From: an uncultured Candidatus Saccharibacteria bacterium
GTDB taxonomy: Bacteria; Patescibacteriota; Doudnabacteria; UBA920
Length of the DNA: 64,000 nucleotides
Assembly (NCBI GenBank): GCA_964436545.1
Contig: CAYTCJ010000005.1
Location: 12,713 to 76,712, forward strand
Reading direction: 5' to 3'
The translations under genes and the position numbers were made by a program. Below the pieces are notes generated by a model that saw only the letters and a program-made list of their open reading frames with translations, made no database searches and had not been told where the DNA came from. Of this stretch, positions 57,800-64,000 are shown piece after piece (positions within the stretch are counted from its first letter, which is position 1; every line of letters starts with the position of its first letter).

Positions 57800-58816
57800 T
57801 TAAAAAGTAAATAGGGGTTTTATTAAACCAATAAGGCTGAAGCTGTTGAATAAATTAATTATACCAAAAATGAGTACAATTAAGCCAGCGGTTTTAAAAA
57901 AGAGATTTTTTGAATTTGGCGAGTGCAGTAATTTAACTCCAAAGCTAAGCAGTAAAAGCATAGGTAGGGTGCCGAGAGCAAAAAAGAACATAAGTTTTGC
58001 GCCCGAATAAAAATTTCTGGTAGAAATTGCATAAATTTGCATAGATTGCGTAAAACCACAAGGCAAAAAGAAAGTTAAAATCCCGGCTAGGACAGGCATC
58101 AAATTATGGTTTAGGTTTTTTAGCCAATAAAACGGTTTGGCAAAACTACGAGGTAAGGTAATTTGCAAATGTTTGGACCACACAAACACATCAATCAAAT
58201 TTAAGCCTAAAATAATTAAGACAAAAGCTAACACTAAATTGATTATAAAAGTTCCCGTAATATTCAGATTGAAAATGGCACCTAAGGCTCCAATACTGCC
58301 ACCCAATACAAAGAAGGCAATTAACCGGGAAAGATGAAAGAGCAAGTGCGGTTTTATGGTTTTTTCGGTTTTGGCCAAATTTGCCGAAAGTGATAGGACT
58401 AATCCGCCGACTACTGCCATACAAGTGGAAAGCGAGGCAATAATGCCAAGAATTAAAGCTGAGAGAGGGTTGATTTTGCTAGCATTCACTAAATTAACCA
58501 AGCCTAATTTTTGCAGAATAATAAAAATTAAAAAAAAGCCAATGGTTAATAAGCCGGCGTAAAAAAAATCTGCGTTGTTTGACTTGGAGGGAGTGTCTGT
58601 AGTGGCATGGTAGCCATAGGGCTTTAATAGCAGATTAATTTGCTCGAGTAATTTTGTGGCCGGAAGATTTTCAAAATTACCGGTTAATTCCATAAGATGA
58701 TTAGCCAGCGAGACATTGACTCGGGTTACTTCCGGCAGAGTTTTTAGTTGACTTTCGGTCAAAACCACACAGGCTTTACAGTGCATGCCTTGAATATGGA
58801 AAGTGTAGGTTTGCAT
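57800..58816 (-). CDS. HMA domain plus DsbD-like membrane protein
   Basis: GMHCKAC; STC...GG, LPCGF, GTLP; multiple TM helices. Confidence 0.85.
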   Translation of the reverse strand: MQTYTFHIQGMHCKACVVLTESQLKTLPEVTRVNVSLANHLMELTGNFENLPATKLLEQINLLLKPYGYHATTDTPSKSNNADFFYAGLLTIGFFLIFIILQKLGLVNLVNASKINPLSALILGIIASLSTCMAVVGGLVLSLSANLAKTEKTIKPHLLFHLSRLIAFFVLGGSIGALGAIFNLNITGTFIINLVLAFVLIILGLNLIDVFVWSKHLQITLPRSFAKPFYWLKNLNHNLMPVLAGILTFFLPCGFTQSMQIYAISTRNFYSGAKLMFFFALGTLPMLLLLSFGVKLLHSPNSKNLFFKTAGLIVLIFGIINLFNSFSLIGLIKPLFTF

Positions 58817-58819
58817 AAA

Positions 58820-61054
58820 TTAGAGTTTAAAACTTTTTAATCTTAAAGCATTGGCGACTACCGAGACGCTGGAAAAGGCCATAGCCAGTCCGGCAAAAAC
58901 AGGGGAGAGTGTCCAGCCTAACAGCGGGTAAAGTAAACCACTGGCAATTGGTATCCCAATAATATTATAAATAAACGCCCAAAACAAGTTTTGCTTAACT
59001 ATTCGCAAAGTAAGTTTAGATAGCTTAAAAGCTTTTAAGAGTTTGGTTAAATCCCCATGGAGTAAAGTTATACCCGCAGACTCTATGGCAATATCTGAAC
59101 CGGTGGCCATGGCAATACCCACATCGGCTTGGGTGAGCGCGGGGGCGTCATTAATACCATCTCCCAGCATGGCTACTTTTTTGCCTTGGTGTTGCAAGGC
59201 CTTAATTTTTTCCGCTTTGTCTTGAGGTAAGATTTCCGCAATTACATTTTTTACGCCGACTTCACTGGCCATGGCCTGAGCGGTTAAATGGTTATCGCCG
59301 GTTAAAATAATGGTTTCAATATTCAAATTTTTTAATTGAGCAATTACAGTTTTGGCTGTGGGTTTTAATTCGTCGCTTACAGTCAATAGCCCGATAATTT
59401 GGCTATCTGCTTCTAAGATCATTACAGTCTTGCCTTGGTGTTGCAGAGCTTGAATTCTATCGTTATGGTCAGAGGCTGTCGGCTTACGAACGTGCACGGT
59501 ATGCTCATTAATTTTACCGGTTACTCCAATGCCCGGAATTTGTTTAAAGTCAGTTACCTTTAATAAAGTCAGTTCTTGAGCTTGAGCCTGTTTAACTATT
59601 GGTTCTGCTAACGGATGATTAGATAAATTTTCTAAACTGGCGGAGTATTGTAAAATTTTTTCTTGAGTCCAAGCCGGGTTGATAATTACAATTTCTTTAA
59701 ATTGGGGTTTGCCCAGTGTGAGGGTGCCGGTTTTATCCAAGACCACGGTATCAATCCCGTTTAATTTTTGTAGGGTTTCAGCATTTTTTATTAGAATACC
59801 ATTTTGCGCACCTTTACCCACGCCGGCAATAATTGCCGTAGGGGTGGCTAAGCCCAAAGCGCATGGACAAGCAATAATTAAGACACTCACAAACGCAACT
59901 AAACCCAAAGCAAACGCTTGGTTAAGGCTTAGCCATTGACTGCCAATTATTAACCACAGGGCAAATGTCACAAATGCGATAATCAATACCGTGGGCACAA
60001 AATAATAAGAAATTTTATCTGCCAAATGTTGAATGGGGGCTTTGGAATTTTGGGCAGTTTCGACCAGTTGAATGATTTTAGATAGGAGAGTATCTTTTCC
60101 AACTTTACTGGCGATAAATTTAATGTAGCCATTTAAGTTAATGGTTCCGCCAATAACATTTTGATGAATGGTTTTGTCCACGGGTATGGCTTCGCCGGTA
60201 ATCATAGATTCGTCTATTGAGGTAAAGCCTTCAATAATTTTGCCGTCCACGGGGATTTTATCTCCGGGTTTTACAATTAAAATATTGCCCGGTTGAATAG
60301 TTTCTATGGCAACAATGTGTTCTTGTCCGTTGTGCCACAAGCTTGCGGTTTTGGCTTGTAAGCCTAAAAGTTTTTTAATAGCTTCCGAGGTTTTGGCTTT
60401 AGAAGTGCTTTCCAAGTATTTGCCAAATAAGACAAAACCAATCACTACAATGGTTACATCGAAATAAGTATAAACGGGTAAATTAAGAGTTAGAGGAATT
60501 TGTGGAAATAGAGTAATAGTTAAGCTGTATACATACGCGGTTACAGTTCCCAGTCCCACTAAGGAATCCATGTTAGCGTTACCGGAACGGACAAACAGTA
60601 CTAAGCCTTTAATAAACCGTTGACCTGAGCCAAAGAGAATTAAGCTGGCTAAAATAAGATTGATTCGGTTCCATGCTTCCATGCCTAAGGGGGGATTGGG
60701 AATTGACCAAACTAATTTGGCTAAAATTTCCCAGAGCATAGTTAAAAAAATAAACAAGGCTAAAGGAAAAGCAAATAAACTCCACCGGTCTATGTGGGAG
60801 TCGGTTGAATCGTCGGGTGTTGAGGGTGAGTTTTGGGTTTCGGAGTGAGCGCTTAGTTCATAACCCAAAGGTTTTAGTGCTTGGTTAATTTCGGGTGTAG
60901 GCAGAGTTTGGCCATTGAATTCTATATTGGCAGTTTCAGTGGCAAAATTTACTGAGGCGGTTTTTATGCTCTTAAATTTGGCCAATTGCTTTTCAATAAG
61001 ATTGGCGCAGCTTACACAGTGCATCCCGATGATTTTATAGTTTTGGTTAGACAT
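58820..61054 (-). CDS. copA: Cu(I)-translocating P1B-type ATPase
   Basis: GMHCVSC, TGE, CPC, DKTGT, HP, GDGIND, YN, MAFSS. Confidence 0.95.
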   Translation of the reverse strand: MSNQNYKIIGMHCVSCANLIEKQLAKFKSIKTASVNFATETANIEFNGQTLPTPEINQALKPLGYELSAHSETQNSPSTPDDSTDSHIDRWSLFAFPLALFIFLTMLWEILAKLVWSIPNPPLGMEAWNRINLILASLILFGSGQRFIKGLVLFVRSGNANMDSLVGLGTVTAYVYSLTITLFPQIPLTLNLPVYTYFDVTIVVIGFVLFGKYLESTSKAKTSEAIKKLLGLQAKTASLWHNGQEHIVAIETIQPGNILIVKPGDKIPVDGKIIEGFTSIDESMITGEAIPVDKTIHQNVIGGTINLNGYIKFIASKVGKDTLLSKIIQLVETAQNSKAPIQHLADKISYYFVPTVLIIAFVTFALWLIIGSQWLSLNQAFALGLVAFVSVLIIACPCALGLATPTAIIAGVGKGAQNGILIKNAETLQKLNGIDTVVLDKTGTLTLGKPQFKEIVIINPAWTQEKILQYSASLENLSNHPLAEPIVKQAQAQELTLLKVTDFKQIPGIGVTGKINEHTVHVRKPTASDHNDRIQALQHQGKTVMILEADSQIIGLLTVSDELKPTAKTVIAQLKNLNIETIILTGDNHLTAQAMASEVGVKNVIAEILPQDKAEKIKALQHQGKKVAMLGDGINDAPALTQADVGIAMATGSDIAIESAGITLLHGDLTKLLKAFKLSKLTLRIVKQNLFWAFIYNIIGIPIASGLLYPLLGWTLSPVFAGLAMAFSSVSVVANALRLKSFKL

Positions 61055-61082
61055 AAGTTAAGTAAGGTTTAAAAATTCAAGT

Positions 61083-61646
61083 TTAGATTCCATACCATTC
61101 GCTTCGCCAAGTTTGGAGAATTTTTAAAGTCGTTTTTAAAAAAATGTCCACCGCATTGGCATTATTTAAAGTCTCGGTTCGGGTACTTTTTAATAAGGTT
61201 TCTTTAGTCATTCGCAAACCTTCTTCGTGGTGGGTAATAAGCGCGTTTAAAAATCTTAAATCAAATTTTTCGTCAGCTGTACCCAAATTGGCCACTTGAG
61301 GTTTTTTAACTTGCCTTTTGTCTTTGTACCAAGTTTGTTTGTAATCATAAAGTTCTTTTATGGCCGTAGGTTCGTCGGCTAAAATCTTATTAGCCAATTC
61401 CCGAATTTCCACCCGCGTGGTTTGTGTTTGGGCTTGCTCTGCTAATAACATTGCCGCCGTGTGGTGGCTAATCATGGCATTTAGGTAATTCAAATCAAAT
61501 AATTTACCCGCATTACCCAAGCTCATGGGAGTTTTATTAAACATTTCGGTGCGGTATTCCGCAGTTTGGGAAAAGCCCAGCATATAGCCGGCAATACCGG
61601 CAATAATCATAAACGCCAAAGCCAAAGGAGTGGAGATTTTATGCAT
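61083..61646 (-). CDS. DUF305 (CopM-like) protein
   Basis: Two HH motifs (AMISHH, ALITHH); N-terminal anchor. Confidence 0.85.
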   Translation of the reverse strand: MHKISTPLALAFMIIAGIAGYMLGFSQTAEYRTEMFNKTPMSLGNAGKLFDLNYLNAMISHHTAAMLLAEQAQTQTTRVEIRELANKILADEPTAIKELYDYKQTWYKDKRQVKKPQVANLGTADEKFDLRFLNALITHHEEGLRMTKETLLKSTRTETLNNANAVDIFLKTTLKILQTWRSEWYGI

Positions 61647-61650
61647 AGAA

Positions 61651-61920
61651 TTAGGTTCTTTTTAATTTATAAACTTTTAATATTTCATTTTTTGCCTTTT
61701 TTTCCTGTCCGGATTGTATTTGCTTTAGAATGCAACTGCTTAAATGGTTTTCCATAAGCAAGTTTTCCACAGTGGATAACGCTTGTTTAACTGCGGAAGT
61801 CTGCGTGATAATATCTATGCAGTAAACGTCGTTTTCCAGCATTTTCTGAAGCCCTCTCACTTGACCCTCAATTAACTTTAGGCGGTTTATAAGTTTATGT
61901 TTTGGATTGATATGGTTCAT
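61651..61920 (-). CDS. csoR: Copper-sensing repressor of the CsoR family
   Basis: RL..IEGQVRG, YC, HL..C. Confidence 0.92.
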   Translation of the reverse strand: MNHINPKHKLINRLKLIEGQVRGLQKMLENDVYCIDIITQTSAVKQALSTVENLLMENHLSSCILKQIQSGQEKKAKNEILKVYKLKRT

Positions 61921-61928
61921 ATATTTCT

Positions 61929-61957
61929 AGTATATACCCCCTAGGGGTATTTGTCAA
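61929..61957 (-). promoter_or_regulatory. Copper operon promoter with a CsoR operator in the spacer
   Basis: Minus strand TTGACA-AATACCCCTAGGGGGTA-TATACT; ATACCCC..GGGGTAT palindrome. Confidence 0.85.
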
Positions 61958-61961
61958 GAAA

Positions 61962-61993
61962 AATAAAATCTAGTTATAAAACTAGATTTTATT
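61962..61993 (-). terminator. AT-rich hairpin downstream of typA
   Basis: AATAAAATCTAGTT-ATAA-AACTAGATTTTATT. Confidence 0.6.
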
Positions 61994-62006
61994 AGTCGCA
62001 AGATAG

Positions 62007-63845
62007 TTATCTTTTGGCGCGTTTTCTTTCCGTGGCGCTTAAGATTTTTTTACGGATTCTAAGGTTTTGCGGAGTAACTTCTAAGAGTTCGTCTTTCCCA
62101 ATATATTCCATAGCGAAATCGAGTTCTATTGGATGAGGCGGGGTAAGGATAATGGCTTCGTCAGCTCCGGAAGAACGCATATTGGTAAGTTTTTTGGTTT
62201 TACAAACATTGAGTTCCAAATCGTCGTTTAAAGCATTTTTACCCACCACCATACCTTCGTAGACTTCGGTAGCCGGACCAATAAACAAAGTCCCGCGTTC
62301 TTGAGCATTATTCAAGCCGTAAGCGTTGGAAGTGCCGGATTCGCTGGCAATCAGACTCCCATGATCATTAGCATGTTCATCAACTTCGTGAATGGGTTTG
62401 TAGCTATCAAATAAGTTATTAAGAATAATGGTGCCTCGGGTGCGGGTGAGTAAGAGGTTTTTCAGGCCAATGAGCCCGCGAGTGGGAATAAGATATTCGG
62501 CATGGATTTCGCCACTGGGGCTCATATCCATTACTTGCATTTCACCTCCGCGTCTGCCCAGTTCCTCAATCATGGCGCCTTGGTATTCCGCCGGCACATC
62601 TATGGTGACGATTTCATAAGGTTCATGTTTGACGCCATCAACTTCGTGATAAATTACTTGAGGTTGGCTTACTTGCAGTTCAAAACCTTCGCGTCGCATG
62701 GTTTCAATTAAAACGCCTAAATGCAGTTCGCCCCGCCCGCTCACCAAAAAGCTTTCCGCGCCTTCTTCCGAGGGTTCCACTTTTAAGGCCACGTTAGTTT
62801 CTAATTCTTTTTCCAAACGGTCGCGGATGTTGCGGGAGGTGACAAATTTACCTTCGCGTCCGGCAAAGGGACTGGTGTTAACCCCAAAAGTCATTTTAAT
62901 GGTGGGGGGTTCAATTTCCACCGGAGGTAAGACAACCGGGCTCGTGGGATCGGTAAGAGTGTCGCCAATATGGACATCATTAAAACCGGCAATGGAAACA
63001 ATGTCTCCGGCCACGGCTTCTTCTACATCGGTGGGTTTTAAGCCTTGGTACATTTGCAAACCGGAAATTTTACCGGAAATTTTTTCACCGTTTACTTTAA
63101 CCAGTAGAGCGTTTTGAGATTTTTTTATGGCTCCGGAAATAATTTTTCCAATCCCCATTTTACCTTTGTAATTGTCGTAAAATAAAGCCAAGACTAAAAG
63201 CGCAAAGGGTTCTTCGGGTTTTACGTCGGGCGCTGGGATATGGGTAATAATGGTTTCAAATAGGGGAGAAACGTCTGCCGGGGCGGAATTTTTAATTTTC
63301 AATTTTAAATTTTCAATTTCGGTATCGGCCAGACCCAGTTTGCCCGCGGAGTAAATAATCGGGAAATCTAACTGAGTATCGTTAGCGTTTAATTTAACAA
63401 ATAAATCAAAAGTTTTGTTAATGGTGTGTTCCGGATCCGCTCCTTCTTTATCGACTTTATTAATTACCACGATCGCCTTAAGTCCAAGTTCTAAAGCTTT
63501 TTTAAGCACAAATTTGGTTTGGGGCATAGGGCCTTCTTTGGCATCCACCAATAATAAAACTCCATCGGCCATTCTTAAAGTGCGTTCGACTTCACCACCA
63601 AAATCTGCGTGGCCTGGCGTGTCCACAATATTAATTTTGGTGCCCTTATAAACCAAACTGGCATTTTTGGCACGAATGGTAATGCCTCGTTCGCGTTCTA
63701 AATCCATACTGTCCATAATTAAGTCCTTCGTTTCCGGATTGTCCTTAACGGTTTGGGTTTGCTTGAGCATGGCATCCACTAACGTGGTTTTGCCATGGTC
63801 CACGTGAGCTATAATGGCAATATTTCTAATGTTATCTCTTTTCAT
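62007..63845 (-). CDS. typA: Translational GTPase TypA/BipA
   Basis: AHVDHGKTT, RERGITI, DTPGHADF, NKVD, GRGELHL, RREGFE, KKLTNMR. Confidence 0.97.
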   Translation of the reverse strand: MKRDNIRNIAIIAHVDHGKTTLVDAMLKQTQTVKDNPETKDLIMDSMDLERERGITIRAKNASLVYKGTKINIVDTPGHADFGGEVERTLRMADGVLLLVDAKEGPMPQTKFVLKKALELGLKAIVVINKVDKEGADPEHTINKTFDLFVKLNANDTQLDFPIIYSAGKLGLADTEIENLKLKIKNSAPADVSPLFETIITHIPAPDVKPEEPFALLVLALFYDNYKGKMGIGKIISGAIKKSQNALLVKVNGEKISGKISGLQMYQGLKPTDVEEAVAGDIVSIAGFNDVHIGDTLTDPTSPVVLPPVEIEPPTIKMTFGVNTSPFAGREGKFVTSRNIRDRLEKELETNVALKVEPSEEGAESFLVSGRGELHLGVLIETMRREGFELQVSQPQVIYHEVDGVKHEPYEIVTIDVPAEYQGAMIEELGRRGGEMQVMDMSPSGEIHAEYLIPTRGLIGLKNLLLTRTRGTIILNNLFDSYKPIHEVDEHANDHGSLIASESGTSNAYGLNNAQERGTLFIGPATEVYEGMVVGKNALNDDLELNVCKTKKLTNMRSSGADEAIILTPPHPIELDFAMEYIGKDELLEVTPQNLRIRKKILSATERKRAKR

Positions 63846-63956
63846 AAAAGCTGATCTTCTCGCGGATTTTTACTGCAACGCTGATCTAAATACAGATCTG
63901 CGTGGTTTACCGTGATTAATAAAAAAGTGCCCAAAACTGCGCGGGCAATTGCCTAA

Positions 63957-63985
63957 AACATAACAGAAACTTTATTATTTGTCAA
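63957..63985 (-). promoter_or_regulatory. Probable typA promoter
   Basis: Minus strand TTGACA-17 bp-TATGTT with an extended TG. Confidence 0.5.
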
Positions 63986-64000
63986 TTATCTGTTATACTT

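Noticed and set aside
57412-61957. Copper operon as a novel system
   Set aside because: csoR-DUF305-copA-HMA/DsbD-cupredoxin with a standard CsoR operator consists of well-known components.
1238-63651. Many 60-140 aa ORFs nested in or antisense to larger genes
   Set aside because: They overlap well-supported CDSs and show no motifs or independent expression signals.
1-64000. CRISPR array, rRNA, prophage or classical IS transposase
   Set aside because: No regularly spaced repeats, rRNA-like tracts, phage structural genes or DDE/HUH motifs seen.

Overview
AT-rich bacterial chromosome segment; compact genes, scarce Shine-Dalgarno sites and the gene families suggest Patescibacteria/CPR (inference). 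In order: the 3' end of a Ser/Thr/Ala-rich surface protein; two O-antigen-ligase/TPR paralogues flanking a small membrane protein and a secreted LCAT-like lipase; a ~37 kb surface-glycan cluster (2x gmd, fcl, rmlBCD, three NDP-sugar C-methyltransferase-like genes, a nucleotidyltransferase/kinase/GatZ-like module, split transketolase, a DdhC/ColD-like enzyme, ugd-like, uxs, Wzx, many glycosyltransferases, an initiating phosphoglycosyltransferase); type IV pilus genes pilBCM-N-O-(P); tRNA-Arg and tRNA-Lys; a high-GC asd-lysC pair; holA; a CsoR copper operon; typA. Three observations stand out. (1) A 310-bp element with inverted ends, a TGAA target duplication and a frameshifted GIY-YIG gene sits exactly in the pilN start codon and rebuilds a start codon; a 116-bp non-coding element at 15283-15398 shows the same end logic. 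(2) An AT-rich leader-peptide attenuator with Thr-Lys-Lys-Thr codons precedes the foreign-looking asd-lysC genes, next to the tRNA-Lys(CUU) that reads its AAG codons. (3) Palindromic and heptameric repeats occur in-frame within several enzyme genes. All calls come from reading motifs by eye; no searches were run.
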